A DNA stretch of 64,000 bases, from the IMG/VR virus record IMGVR_UViG_3300036985_004624; one strand, 5' to 3'. Shown piece by piece: positions 11,004 through 21,005 of this stretch. The notes beneath the pieces were generated by a model, which saw only the letters and a program-made list of their open reading frames with translations, was not told where the DNA came from and did not search any database. This DNA comes from a virus. Positions within the stretch are counted from its first letter, which is position 1. Every line of letters starts with the position of its first letter. The position numbers were made by a program, and so were the translations under genes.

Positions 11004-11537
11004 CTATTTTAAAAAATCTCTTATATCTAAATTATATTTTATCGAATTAATACGATGTGTACCTATCAAATATAATATATAAGAACTAGTAGAACTACCT
11101 CTGCCAACACCCCAAACAAATTTATTCTTTCTCATATAATCAATGAGAAAGATGAATAGTCTTAGTAGCATAATCAATTCTCGTTCCTCGTAAAGTAGAT
11201 ACTCTTCGTCTACTCTATTTATTTCTTCTTGTGTCGTACATTTATCATATAACCACGCACGTACATCTATTTGCTGATAGATAATTGGAAATATCCATTC
11301 GTCTGCACATTTGTGATGGAACTCATCAAATGTTAACTTCTCCTCAGGGGCATCTAAAAATGTAATAGTTTCGGGCAGTAACATTGATTGATACTGTTTG
11401 AATAAATCTACCTCTTCATTGAATATAACATTTAAATGACTTATATTCTTTCCCTGGAGTAGCAACTCTCTGAGGTCAGTATCAGAGAGTATGGCTTGTC
11501 CATATAGATTAGTTCTTAAACTTTCTTTGGTTTCCAT
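11004..11537 (-). CDS. dnaE: DNA polymerase III alpha-like, N-proximal palm fragment
   Basis: WGVGRGSSTSSYILYLIG...IKYNL..DFLK matches DnaE GRGS..SLVAY.LGIT..DP....L.FERFL. Confidence 0.85.
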   Translation of the reverse strand: METKESLRTNLYGQAILSDTDLRELLLQGKNISHLNVIFNEEVDLFKQYQSMLLPETITFLDAPEEKLTFDEFHHKCADEWIFPIIYQQIDVRAWLYDKCTTQEEINRVDEEYLLYEERELIMLLRLFIFLIDYMRKNKFVWGVGRGSSTSSYILYLIGTHRINSIKYNLDIRDFLK

Positions 11538-12229
11538 TTTTCTATCTGTACAATTCTGGCAGGCTCATTTAGTATGCTCATAGGTATTTCTGCTACTTCT
11601 GTCACAATACGATGAAACTCGCTCATTGGATCAACTATATCCTTGAATAGTTCTTCGTCTGTCAATTTATTATCAAGAGGCTTAACAAATTCGAAACAAA
11701 ATCCGTCATCTCTTATCCACCAAGGTATCTTATCGCGAGTAGTACCTTCTGCATAATACTCAGATGTTGTCATAGGAAGTATATAATTACCGTCTGTGCA
11801 ATCGTATGTATATTGGAGTGCTGTATCACTTGCTTTTAAATGTATCTCTCCCACCATTAAATTAGGAAATGCTAATGCCGATATCTTAGAATGTAACAAC
11901 TGTATAAGCATATCGTCGTTAGGTGTATCTGGGCAATACATCATTATATTGCTCGATAAATTAGCAATATACAGATCGTCTTCATTATTTACATTCACTA
12001 CTACGATATTTGGTAAATTCGTATCTAACCAAAAATAAATCTTTTGATACGTTATGCTTGCGTCATATTCTACGAGTTCTTTTGCCTTACCTTTTTTTCC
12101 GGTAGCAACAAGATCAATAGTTAATTTCCAGTCTACGGGTATTAGATCACTATCTCGTATCCTAATACCTGTAAAGTCATATTCCAACGTCATATGACTT
12201 TTGATAAGATGGCGTCCTTTTTTAATCAT
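11516..12229 (-). CDS. Hypothetical protein
   Basis: 237-aa ORF overlapping both neighbours. Confidence 0.7.
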   Translation of the reverse strand: MIKKGRHLIKSHMTLEYDFTGIRIRDSDLIPVDWKLTIDLVATGKKGKAKELVEYDASITYQKIYFWLDTNLPNIVVVNVNNEDDLYIANLSSNIMMYCPDTPNDDMLIQLLHSKISALAFPNLMVGEIHLKASDTALQYTYDCTDGNYILPMTTSEYYAEGTTRDKIPWWIRDDGFCFEFVKPLDNKLTDEELFKDIVDPMSEFHRIVTEVAEIPMSILNEPARIVQIEKWKPKKV

Positions 12230-12470
12230 CTAATTTTCCTAATTCGAGTGGCTTATTTTTATCAGGATACTTCTTATTAAATTCATCTTCTGAACTCTTT
12301 TGTTGCCTCTCTAAACGAGCATCCTCTAATGTCTGTATTACTTCTTTGATACTATGAACAGTAGGATTATGTCCTAACATTACTTGAGCGTTCATATATG
12401 TATATGCTCGACCTAATCGTTCAATTATTTCTTCGTCCGTTAATTTACTTGCATCTAGAAAAGGGTGCAT
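12222..12470 (-). CDS. Hypothetical protein
   Basis: AAGGAG SD and TAAATA upstream. Confidence 0.7.
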   Translation of the reverse strand: MHPFLDASKLTDEEIIERLGRAYTYMNAQVMLGHNPTVHSIKEVIQTLEDARLERQQKSSEDEFNKKYPDKNKPLELGKLDD

Positions 12471-12513
12471 AATACTCCTTATTGATGTATTTATGTTAAG
12501 ATTACTACAACCC

Positions 12514-13122
12514 CTATAATGCTGAGCTAGTAGAAGAATTCTTTCTAAAATATTTAGTTAAAGCTTTCTGGAACTTCTCGGCCCATTCCTTATCATAAAA
12601 TATAGCAGTAAATAAAGAATTTTCTATTGTTGCCGATCTTATCAACCCAGGGTGATAAATTGGGAAGATCCTGCTATCTAATAAATTGACAGAAATCATA
12701 TATTCTTCGGAACATAAATAATATTTGGGTATTCTGTCTTCATCCTCTATCTCGGATATATCACTTCCTTCTGCTAATCTTCTTGTGGCAGGCATCAAAG
12801 GATGGCCATAGAAGATTACGGGATTATCTAACGTGTATATGCGTGCATCCTCGTATTGTAGTATAAGTTCGTTCTTAAATGTTACCTGACTACTACTTGG
12901 ACTCGGTTGCTCGACTATATGCAGCGAGCTATCTCTAAAATCCATTAATTGCTCTACAAACTCGACACGACACTTCCATACAAAATCGGGATTATCTACC
13001 TGGTCTTCCGGTCGTATACCATTTAATATTTTTGTCGTTTTCTTATAATAGTCTACAGCACTAGGCGAAAACTGTAAGAACTTAAATGTCCTAAATTCGT
13101 CAGTGTATAGAGATTTGTCCAT
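12514..13122 (-). CDS. Hypothetical protein
   Basis: 202-aa ORF, TAATG coupling to the upstream gene. Confidence 0.65.
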   Translation of the reverse strand: MDKSLYTDEFRTFKFLQFSPSAVDYYKKTTKILNGIRPEDQVDNPDFVWKCRVEFVEQLMDFRDSSLHIVEQPSPSSSQVTFKNELILQYEDARIYTLDNPVIFYGHPLMPATRRLAEGSDISEIEDEDRIPKYYLCSEEYMISVNLLDSRIFPIYHPGLIRSATIENSLFTAIFYDKEWAEKFQKALTKYFRKNSSTSSAL

Positions 13123-13364
13123 TATACATACATATGATGTCGCTTATAGAATGCTGTAACATCATCCTTTTCAGAAAAACGTAGGACAACATATTGTCCC
13201 ATGTCGAGTTCGGCATAAAGCCCCTTTACCGATTTGAATCCTTTTTGGATTTCATTTAGGCGGCGGTAAAACATGGTAGGATGTAATTTTACTGATATCC
13301 AATCTGCTGTGTAGCTATCAACAGATATTGGGTCACCGACAATGCATTTGCCTTCTTGCTTCAT
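13122..13364 (-). CDS. Hypothetical protein
   Basis: Tightly packed operon ORF. Confidence 0.6.
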   Translation of the reverse strand: MKQEGKCIVGDPISVDSYTADWISVKLHPTMFYRRLNEIQKGFKSVKGLYAELDMGQYVVLRFSEKDDVTAFYKRHHMYV

Positions 13365-13613
13365 TTACTTCTCCAATGGTATAACTGAATTCGACGGTAC
13401 GAGTTTCTTTAGATAATCTATCATTAATGCACGGCGATGTCCTTTAACAGACACTCTATATGCATCCACAAAATGATTCCATTGATTGGGCGGATATTTC
13501 TTTATTGGCTTAAGAATGCCATCTACCTTAATAGAGTAGAGCTTCTGTTCTTTTAAGTTCCAGAAATATCCCGTATATTTGGTTGCAACAAAATCAGCGG
13601 GTAAGGTTACCAC
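13365..13613 (-). CDS. Hypothetical protein
   Basis: GTG start after GGAGA SD (MVTLP...). Confidence 0.6.
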   Translation of the reverse strand: MVTLPADFVATKYTGYFWNLKEQKLYSIKVDGILKPIKKYPPNQWNHFVDAYRVSVKGHRRALMIDYLKKLVPSNSVIPLEK

Positions 13614-13890
13614 ATTTATTCTCCATAACATGACACCATTTTTCTAAAATAGACTGACCCAATACTTTTTCATTGGCAGGAATAGAATAATCTTTCAATG
13701 TGACCAAATGTTGAGACATCGACAACGTATATTCTTTTCCAGATGTTGTTCTTATATTAAACTTGACATCACCTTTTAATTTATCAATTATTTCTTCGCC
13801 TTCTTCAATGCGAAGATCAATACTTTCGATAAAAGGTATACCTATAATGATGCCGTCGGATACGACGAAACCCGGTGTATATAATGCCAT
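13594..13890 (-). CDS. Hypothetical protein
   Basis: Operon packing. Confidence 0.6.
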   Translation of the reverse strand: MALYTPGFVVSDGIIIGIPFIESIDLRIEEGEEIIDKLKGDVKFNIRTTSGKEYTLSMSQHLVTLKDYSIPANEKVLGQSILEKWCHVMENKCGNLTR

Positions 13891-14156
13891 CAGATTAAAC
13901 TAAGATACAGTGCCGATCCTGTGTCAAAATCTTCTTGGAAAATATAAATTTTCGGACTAACAGTCTTGCCTGTAGAGATGATTTTCAATACACGGCCTTC
14001 CATAGTCCACTTATCCGAACCTTTCCCAACATTTGTATTCAACCAGTTTACGATTTTATAAAAATGTTCGCGGTCACGGATGGTTACGCGGAAGGAATGA
14101 ATTGCATTTTTTTCTTTAAGGTTAGGAGATTCTACCTTTGTGATTTGCTTGATCAT
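13890..14156 (-). CDS. Hypothetical protein
   Basis: Operon packing. Confidence 0.6.
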   Translation of the reverse strand: MIKQITKVESPNLKEKNAIHSFRVTIRDREHFYKIVNWLNTNVGKGSDKWTMEGRVLKIISTGKTVSPKIYIFQEDFDTGSALYLSLI

Positions 14157-14207
14157 ATTACGCTTTCTGTTAATAAGTGTTTATTTTACTATAGCCTGTT
14201 ATATTAG

Positions 14208-14669
14208 TCAACCTCCGGCAGGATATGCATAAATCTTCACACCTGCCTCCTTCATCATTTCTAACGCAACAAACATATCTTCTTGCCATCTTTCCGGAGA
14301 TTTATCTGCGGTATAATCTGCGTCAATAACAACTGTCTTAATACCACGCTGTATAATAGATTGAGCACAATTAGTACACGGTGAAAATGTAACAAACATA
14401 ACGCAATCAGTTAAATCGCCACGCGAAGATAAATCCATAGCATTGCGTTCTGCATGACACATCCATTTATATTTAAGCGGACGTTCCTTACGTTCTGCTA
14501 CTGTATCATCTATACCTTTTGCCATACCGTTAAATCCCCAAGAGACAGGAGACCCATCTAACGTAGTAATAACTGCGCCGACTTTGGTCGACTCATCCTT
14601 AGACCAAACTGCCACATCTTTAGCCATTTTTAATAGGCGACTCGCCCATTTTTCATTCAAGACATCCAT
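14208..14669 (-). CDS. dCMP deaminase
   Basis: SKD-x-STKVGA, HAERNA, PCTNC zinc motifs. Confidence 0.93.
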   Translation of the reverse strand: MDVLNEKWASRLLKMAKDVAVWSKDESTKVGAVITTLDGSPVSWGFNGMAKGIDDTVAERKERPLKYKWMCHAERNAMDLSSRGDLTDCVMFVTFSPCTNCAQSIIQRGIKTVVIDADYTADKSPERWQEDMFVALEMMKEAGVKIYAYPAGG

Positions 14670-14980
14670 TATCGTGACAACATTTCTCGTGTAATGATTT
14701 GTGCAAGTTCTTCACCGAAATCTTCCTCGCTGGCAATAATATATAAACCAGTTTTTCGAGTATCCATTAATCGATCATAATTTACCGTCTGAATTATCTT
14801 GCCACCGCTTTTTGCCGAATACACTACAAATGACAATCCCGAAGAATCCTCAAATTCGCCATTTGTAAGATTGGCGCCTTTTTTCCAGTTTCCTGTAGAG
14901 GCTACCTTGCCCGAATCTATAGCGTTGGAATAAGTTGCCCAATTAACAAATTTGTTTGATAATTTTCTAAAGTAACCCAT
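14669..14980 (-). CDS. Hypothetical protein
   Basis: Operon packing. Confidence 0.6.
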   Translation of the reverse strand: MGYFRKLSNKFVNWATYSNAIDSGKVASTGNWKKGANLTNGEFEDSSGLSFVVYSAKSGGKIIQTVNYDRLMDTRKTGLYIIASEEDFGEELAQIITREMLSR

Positions 14981-14982
14981 AG

Positions 14983-15423
14983 TTAAATATCTCCATCTTT
15001 TCTATTTTCACTATAGAATGGATCAAACTTGCCGCCCGGGTAGCGTGATTCTAATTTAGTTACATTATCTGCAATAATTGTATCGGGATCTACACCTAAT
15101 GCTCTGCAAGCATTTGTCCAGTACCAAATTACATCGCCTAATTCTTTTTGCAGATGCTGATGTGTCTCTACTGTAAGTTCTTTACCATGAAATACAAGTT
15201 TCTTTACAATTTCAGAAAATTCTCCTGTTTCCCCGGACATACCCATTGCTGCTGTAAGCAATAAAGGAACATTAACATCGGGCCCATGCATATCGGTGAC
15301 TGTATTAAAATTTCCATCTAATCTATCTAACGAATCCATAAAGGTCGTTAAATCATTACTTGCCTTACTTGTTACACCTTCTACGAATTTAGTGTACTTG
15401 TTTAAATCAATTTTCTTTGTCAT
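14983..15423 (-). CDS. mazG: MazG-like NTP pyrophosphohydrolase
   Basis: GMSGETGEF..IVKK, KELGDVIWY, N..KL..RYP. Confidence 0.9.
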   Translation of the reverse strand: MTKKIDLNKYTKFVEGVTSKASNDLTTFMDSLDRLDGNFNTVTDMHGPDVNVPLLLTAAMGMSGETGEFSEIVKKLVFHGKELTVETHQHLQKELGDVIWYWTNACRALGVDPDTIIADNVTKLESRYPGGKFDPFYSENRKDGDI

Positions 15424-15431
15424 TATTTTCC

Positions 15432-16601
15432 TTAAATGTATGTTTCTTTTCTTACGTGCTTGATCATTATATAGAACTTCTTAAAATCTGCCAGATTATA
15501 ATCATCAGCAGCCTGTTGTTTAGCTGATGCAAATATAGATCGTCTAGTTTTACCCAATGTAATTTTATGAATATCTTCTGCATTTTTATTAGCAACTATA
15601 TTACACACCTTAAATTTACTAGATGGAGGAATAGTAGATCCCCAGATATATGGAAGATCTATTATATATCTAGTTTTATTTGTTTTCTCTAATACTAATG
15701 TGCCTATATCTTCGCGTACTCTTGCTTCTGCTAATAATACTGCTGCCTCTACGATATCTATTTCTTCGAGAGTTATATCTACTTTAGGAACAGAAATATC
15801 AGATACATATTTAATCAAACCGTCACCTGAAAAATACTGTGAATTAGTCATTGCTGCATACTGTGAACTACCGAAATATGAATTCTTTCGTTGAATTGCT
15901 TCGTTCATTCTTTTTATGGCATCAGCTCGCGACATTCCCGTAATATCTTTTTTAATAATTTTCAATATCTTTAAATCTGCATTATAAAAGAATTTGTCCG
16001 AATTTATTTCTAAAATCTGTCTTCGTAAAAATGCCTGCGGTTTATATTCGGCAGGTGTTGTATAATTACTCAGTGTACCATATAATGATGCTACACCCAA
16101 ATATGTGCCTTGTAAACCATTCTGCAAAAGAACGGTATCGCCTATGGATACATCTTGCATGTTTACTTTGCAATCTAGTAGTTCTGTATTTTTAATTGCT
16201 TCAAGATATGTATCGGAATTTATCGGCACTAATTTCATCTTTGTATCAGAATCTTCTCTTGCCCATACACACTTTTGCTGTATTAGTCCTTCGATGATAC
16301 CTGTTACATGTAATATCTCTTCTAGGTTCTGAGTAGTTATGCTAACTAGTATTCCACGTGGATCAATAACTAACCATTTTGTACTAGTCGAATAATTCTT
16401 ATTTTTAGTTTTATGTAGTGTAAAACCCGGCAGAGGTATATTTTCATATTCTTTGATATCTGAATATCGATTACTGATTACTTCGAGTTTCTTTCTTTCA
16501 GCGTTAGAATCGCCATACGGAATTACTTCTGCTTCTGGTAGCTCGTGTGACTGACTTGTCGGATCACATCCGAAATAAATAGTCTTTGCAACATTTATCA
16601 T
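15432..16601 (-). CDS. Hypothetical phage protein
   Basis: 389-aa ORF; no family recognised. Confidence 0.75.
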   Translation of the reverse strand: MINVAKTIYFGCDPTSQSHELPEAEVIPYGDSNAERKKLEVISNRYSDIKEYENIPLPGFTLHKTKNKNYSTSTKWLVIDPRGILVSITTQNLEEILHVTGIIEGLIQQKCVWAREDSDTKMKLVPINSDTYLEAIKNTELLDCKVNMQDVSIGDTVLLQNGLQGTYLGVASLYGTLSNYTTPAEYKPQAFLRRQILEINSDKFFYNADLKILKIIKKDITGMSRADAIKRMNEAIQRKNSYFGSSQYAAMTNSQYFSGDGLIKYVSDISVPKVDITLEEIDIVEAAVLLAEARVREDIGTLVLEKTNKTRYIIDLPYIWGSTIPPSSKFKVCNIVANKNAEDIHKITLGKTRRSIFASAKQQAADDYNLADFKKFYIMIKHVRKETYI

Positions 16602-16607
16602 TATGAA

Positions 16608-16838
16608 TTAACTTCCTAAACCGAATTGTATCTTAAACATTAATGCATCTGTACTATCTTCAAATCCAAATTTATTACCACCCAACATAGTCCAGTGTGC
16701 CTCTAAATTATCAACGCACCACATAACAATGCCTCTTCTGGCAATTTCATAATAAGGAATATTCAGATGTGTACAAGTCCAAACAATATCTTTATGTAGG
16801 TTCATCTCATTCATGGGTACATACATATCTTTTTCCAT
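16608..16838 (-). CDS. Hypothetical protein
   Basis: AGGA SD; consensus promoter upstream; F-x-FED-x-x-DA-x-x-F motif also seen in other small ORFs here. Confidence 0.65.
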   Translation of the reverse strand: MEKDMYVPMNEMNLHKDIVWTCTHLNIPYYEIARRGIVMWCVDNLEAHWTMLGGNKFGFEDSTDALMFKIQFGLGS

Positions 16839-16862
16839 GCTATCCTAACTAGTTAATGTAGT

Positions 16863-16891
16863 ATTATAGCAACAGTTGTAAGTTTTGTCAA
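16863..16891 (-). promoter_or_regulatory. sigma70-type promoter TTGACA-17-TATAAT
   Basis: Perfect consensus, intergenic, oriented into the 16.8-12.5 kb gene run. Confidence 0.85.
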
Positions 16892-16906
16892 TCTAATGAC
16901 GCAGGA

Positions 16907-17629
16907 CTAGATTTTATATGGCGCCCAGTTATCTTTTGTCTGTGATAATCTATTTGCAATAATAAACATAGATATGGGATTATGACCTAATCCTAGATGG
17001 CATGCGCCCGGTACTTCGATATTTTCGGATTGGGCGCCTGGTACTTCGATGGAAGATTCCCAATGAACTACACCATCTGTTCTACTGTATATAGAAGTAA
17101 ACGGTACAGGCGGTGGCTCTGCTATTTTTCTTAATATATCGGGATCTTTGTGACTAGTATCTTTGCTTAATAATTCATATAGCAAGGTTGCATTTGTACT
17201 ATCGGTACCTTTGAACGGTGTACCCAAAGTAATCACTTGTCTTACTGTACCGGGAATTACTTTCGCTATCTCTCGTGCGTATATACCACCCAAACTCCAC
17301 CCTATTATACTGACTTGCTGTCCATCAGATGCCTTCGATACATACTCGGTTCTCTCGACTAGTTTATCTAAAAGTACATCCATACCGTTCTTAGGTCCTA
17401 AATTCCTACCTAATCCCCAAGGATGGGTATCATAGCCTAAATTTGTTAAGAAATGTCTGATGAAGTGTGTGGAACCATCCGATGTTCCTAGTCCAGGTAT
17501 AATTATTACCGGGTGATTATCGCCTTTTGGAGAAATAAATTGGAGTGGTACATTTAGTAGCCACCCCAGTCCATATTCATAAATCGCTCTCAATACCTCT
17601 ACACTCAATAATGCCTTAGATGGTGCCAT
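16907..17629 (-). CDS. Alpha/beta hydrolase (lipase/esterase-like)
   Basis: IIPGLG, GWSLGG nucleophile elbow, SRTDGVV, HLGL. Confidence 0.9.
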   Translation of the reverse strand: MAPSKALLSVEVLRAIYEYGLGWLLNVPLQFISPKGDNHPVIIIPGLGTSDGSTHFIRHFLTNLGYDTHPWGLGRNLGPKNGMDVLLDKLVERTEYVSKASDGQQVSIIGWSLGGIYAREIAKVIPGTVRQVITLGTPFKGTDSTNATLLYELLSKDTSHKDPDILRKIAEPPPVPFTSIYSRTDGVVHWESSIEVPGAQSENIEVPGACHLGLGHNPISMFIIANRLSQTKDNWAPYKI

Positions 17630-17652
17630 ACGTTACCTTTATAATAACGTAT

Positions 17653-18234
17653 TTATAGGAAATCATATAGTTTTGTCAAGGTATCAAATTTAATAATACC
17701 CTTCTTTACTAATTCAAAAATTAATAATTCTGATTTAGCATGTGCATTATTGTGTTCTTGTACTGTAAGAAGAGCTAAATTTTCCCGCTTATTGTTTCTT
17801 TTATCACCATCTATATGATGAACTACATAACCATCAGGTATAATATGTCCTAATTCTTCTTGTATTACAAAAATATGCTGTCTAATCCAACCTGAATTAT
17901 TTAGATTTTTTTGATGCCAAGAATGTATTCCCGTCCATACTTCTATATATTTTGTTATATCTCTGGAACGAAACTCCCCGACAGAACCTATTATTCTTTG
18001 ATCAGTTTTCTTATTTCTTGCCAACAATGTAGATTTAGAAAAGTCGAAGCAAGAAGAACAAAAATGCATTAATTGAGCCCTGCCTTCCTTCGATCCGTTT
18101 CTTTGTTTTTCGAATTCTTTACCACAATCGTCGCACTTATAAGATAATATTTCTCTATCTCTAAAATAAGTAATTTCTTTATTACCTGTATGCCTTGTAT
18201 AAATATTCCTATCTATCCTTGTTCCAATAAACAT
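17653..18234 (-). mobile_element. Free-standing HNH homing endonuclease
   Basis: VVHHIDGDKRNNKRENL...EHNNAH; N-terminal CxxC...CxxC. Confidence 0.85.
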
Positions 18235-18271
18235 ATTATCCCCCAGATAATATATTTATCTAAAATCCCTA

Positions 18272-18589
18272 TCAAAATAAGACACTTTGACCACATCCAC
18301 AACTGGATTTTACCGTGGGGTTGTTGAACACGAAGGATTCTCCCATAAGGTCCTTTTTGTAGTCTATCTCTGCTTCTTCTAAGTACATGCTGCTGGCTGC
18401 ATCTACTATGAGTTTATACTCGTCCTGCAAGACATATTCGAGGTCATCTTCTTCTTTGGTGGTTTCTACCGCAAAATAGTAGTTCATGCCAGCACATCCT
18501 CCACCCTGAAGTCCGAATCGTAATAGTGGTGTAGTTTCACCACGTAAAACATCAATCATTTTTAATCTTGCTGCGTCTGTAATTTTCAT
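18272..18589 (-). CDS. iscA: A-type Fe-S carrier (IscA/SufA/ErpA family)
   Basis: GGCAG and CGCGQS cysteines, F-x-F-x-NP. Confidence 0.93.
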   Translation of the reverse strand: MKITDAARLKMIDVLRGETTPLLRFGLQGGGCAGMNYYFAVETTKEEDDLEYVLQDEYKLIVDAASSMYLEEAEIDYKKDLMGESFVFNNPTVKSSCGCGQSVLF

Positions 18590-18597
18590 TACTATAT

Positions 18598-19188
18598 TTA
18601 CCTCTTGGAAATAATATGATCGATAAGACCGAGTTCTAATGCCTTCTCTGGTCTTAAGAAATTATCACGATCAGTCAATGTAACCATTGTATCATAATCT
18701 GTTTTACCGTAAGTAAAATCGGATAACATTTTATTAAGTTTACGCTTTAAATACAGTGTTTCATTTGTATGTAATTCTAAATCCGAAGCTTGGCCACTAT
18801 AACCTGCCAATACTTGGTGAATCATAATAGTAGCATTGGGCAAAGAATATCGTTTACCCTTTGCTCCAGCAGCAAGAAAGAGTGACCCCATACTTGCAGC
18901 TTGACCTGTAACATAAGTGCAAATATCAGGCTTCACATATTCGAATAAATCCGTAATTGCTAAACCTGCTGTAACACTTCCGCCGGGACTGTTGATATAT
19001 ACGTGGATATCTTGTTCCGGATTCTCTGCCTCCAGAAATAACAATTGTGCTACTGCTATCTCGGACATTTGATCTGTCACTTCTCCGTTAAGGAAAATAA
19101 CTCGTTCTCGCATTAATCTGCTTGCCAGATCATATGCTCTTTCACCCTTAGATGATGTTTCGACGACTGTCGGCCAAAAATGTGCCAT
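18598..19188 (-). CDS. clpP: ATP-dependent Clp protease proteolytic subunit
   Basis: GERAYD..SRL, YINSPGG, GQAASMG (Ser), MIHQ (His), RDNF (Asp). Confidence 0.97.
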   Translation of the reverse strand: MAHFWPTVVETSSKGERAYDLASRLMRERVIFLNGEVTDQMSEIAVAQLLFLEAENPEQDIHVYINSPGGSVTAGLAITDLFEYVKPDICTYVTGQAASMGSLFLAAGAKGKRYSLPNATIMIHQVLAGYSGQASDLELHTNETLYLKRKLNKMLSDFTYGKTDYDTMVTLTDRDNFLRPEKALELGLIDHIISKR

Positions 19189-19228
19189 AATTTGTTTTCC
19201 TTTATGTAATTAGATAAATCTATATAGT

Positions 19229-19257
19229 AGTATATAAAACTTAACTATATAAGTCAA
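19229..19257 (-). promoter_or_regulatory. sigma70-type promoter TTGACT-17-TATACT upstream of clpP
   Basis: Near-consensus hexamers, 17-nt spacer. Confidence 0.65.
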
Positions 19258-19472
19258 GATACTCGAATGCAACTTGCTTCTATATTATTCAATGCAAACA
19301 TAGAATCTCCTATGCGAACTGCTATAGCGCCTTTATTTCGAGCGACAACCATTACAGTCTCGCCCGTAATAAATCCTAACTCGCCAAGACGATGAATGAT
19401 CTGATAGTAGCCAGTTTCTACGAGTTGGTCTACTATTCCCGGATAATTGATGGGCACATCGTATAGTGTCAT
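19254..19472 (-). CDS. feoA: FeoA domain protein
   Basis: RL-x-ELGF-x-x-GE-x-V...AVRIG..FAL...EA..I.V. Confidence 0.85.
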   Translation of the reverse strand: MTLYDVPINYPGIVDQLVETGYYQIIHRLGELGFITGETVMVVARNKGAIAVRIGDSMFALNNIEASCIRVS

Positions 19473-19492
19473 CTTATTTGATAAATAGTAAT

Positions 19493-19882
19493 ATGAAATT
19501 TAAAGACTTACTCTTAGAATCACCTACCGATGTTGTTGCCCGTTTTTATAAAGAAGCTGGTAAAGATTACGAAAAATTCTACAATCCAGAAGTAATCAAA
19601 TATCAAGAAAAGAATTCTAAATATTACGACGAGTACTTCAAAGAATGGTTCAGCGAAGGCGTTGTTCCTGTATTCATGAAACCCGTAACTAAACCCCAAC
19701 CCGAATATACAAACGTGCCTAAAGAAAGCAAACTACAATCCCCAGGTTACCGCGGATTGCAATATGCTCTTGCTGCTGCAGGTTTGCCTTATAATCATAA
19801 GGTTCAACGATATGAACCTAATCCATCTAAGATGCTTACAGCACAAACGATGGATGCTGCCCGTAACAATAACGGGCAATAA
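19493..19882 (+). CDS. Hypothetical protein (MKFKDLLLE N-terminus, likely head-associated)
   Basis: ATG 5 nt after GATAAATA; N-terminal LLE motif. Confidence 0.65.
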   Translation: MKFKDLLLESPTDVVARFYKEAGKDYEKFYNPEVIKYQEKNSKYYDEYFKEWFSEGVVPVFMKPVTKPQPEYTNVPKESKLQSPGYRGLQYALAAAGLPYNHKVQRYEPNPSKMLTAQTMDAARNNNGQ

Positions 19883-19883
19883 A

Positions 19884-20069
19884 TTACTTAGCTTCTTTAC
19901 GAGCGTTCTTTTCGTCTGTAATTTCAGCGCGGCGTGTCTTAGCTAACTTAGCCAGATCGCCCAATGCCTTACGTGCGCGAGTTCCTGCAGAAGCATTTCC
20001 ACCCACAAATTTAGCATCTTCTTTTTCCAAGGCTACCATAGCCTCTCTAATTTGATCCAATGTTGTCAT
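19884..20069 (-). CDS. Histone H1-like Hc1-family small basic protein
   Basis: GNASAGTRARKAL..LAK..R.EI. Confidence 0.75.
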   Translation of the reverse strand: MTTLDQIREAMVALEKEDAKFVGGNASAGTRARKALGDLAKLAKTRRAEITDEKNARKEAK

Positions 20070-20130
20070 ACAATTTCCTTATTATGTGTTTCAATTTTTA
20101 GTGTCTTATACACCGACTAAATTGTAAGTC

Positions 20131-20907
20131 TTATTCTCTACCTAATACAGCATTAATACTTGCTGCAAGGTCCGCATCATAGTTATCTGCATTCTCGTTG
20201 AACCAGTCTGTTTTTTCTATCGCCCACTGCCAGTAGCTGGATGGAATTTCGTCCATAGGTACGCCTTTATGTTTTCCAAAAGGCATAAATTTATAAAGTG
20301 TTGGTTCAGCCATCCATTTAAGAATCTGTGGACCGTAAGGTTTATCTAAATCTAATACGTTCATAGATTCCATAAAATCGACAAGTGCTTCTAACAATCT
20401 ACCTGTCATAAAACAATCATTGCCTGCACGATGGCAATGCATTTCGATAGGCACGTCTAGTTCGAGTGCAAATCTTAGATAGGGTAGATTCATTTCTTCA
20501 ATCTCTGGCATCTCATTAAATATCTTTTTAGATAATTTAAAGGTGCATAGCCAGTTATGTTTAGATGTATCAATACCGTGTTTGTTTAAAACACGCATAT
20601 CATATAAATGATTATGTGCAACCATATACCCATTTACATATCCGTCTACTACTGATTGGAATACTTCGGAAGATTCTGCAAATGTAGTTTTATCTTCAAC
20701 CATCTTGTTAGTTATATAACAGATGGATTCAATCTTTGGCGGTATAATTCCGGTAACGGGCTTATGTAAGTCTTGGAAAATAGTCCAACTATCATCTTCC
20801 CTAATAACAAATCCTAGCTCAATAATCTGTGCTGTATTGAAATTATTACTCGTGGTTTCAGTATCTACGATTAGGCAGGATTGTAAAAAATCTTCTTTTT
20901 GCGACAT
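20131..20907 (-). CDS. DEDDh 3'-5' exonuclease (ExoX/DnaQ-like) with C-terminal MPFGKHKG domain
   Basis: VDTETT, AHNHLYD, HRAGND. Confidence 0.9.
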   Translation of the reverse strand: MSQKEDFLQSCLIVDTETTSNNFNTAQIIELGFVIREDDSWTIFQDLHKPVTGIIPPKIESICYITNKMVEDKTTFAESSEVFQSVVDGYVNGYMVAHNHLYDMRVLNKHGIDTSKHNWLCTFKLSKKIFNEMPEIEEMNLPYLRFALELDVPIEMHCHRAGNDCFMTGRLLEALVDFMESMNVLDLDKPYGPQILKWMAEPTLYKFMPFGKHKGVPMDEIPSSYWQWAIEKTDWFNENADNYDADLAASINAVLGRE

Positions 20908-20929
20908 TCAGTTCTCTCCAGTAAACATA

Positions 20930-20958
20930 AGTATAATACTTACTTACTCGAAAGTCAA
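20930..20958 (-). promoter_or_regulatory. sigma70-type promoter TTGACT-17-TATACT
   Basis: Intergenic, upstream of the exonuclease. Confidence 0.7.
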
Positions 20959-20973
20959 TAACTCACCCAAGAA

Positions 20974-20995
20974 TAATGGCACAGAAGTGCCATTA
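20974..20995 (-). terminator. Hairpin, possible terminator after the 25.9-21.0 kb late operon
   Basis: taatggcac-4nt-gtgccatta 9-bp stem; weak U tract. Confidence 0.5.
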
Positions 20996-21005
20996 AGGGG
21001 AGATA

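Noticed and set aside
11004-11537. Split intein joining the DnaE pieces
   Set aside because: Neither fragment has intein-like termini or room for them.
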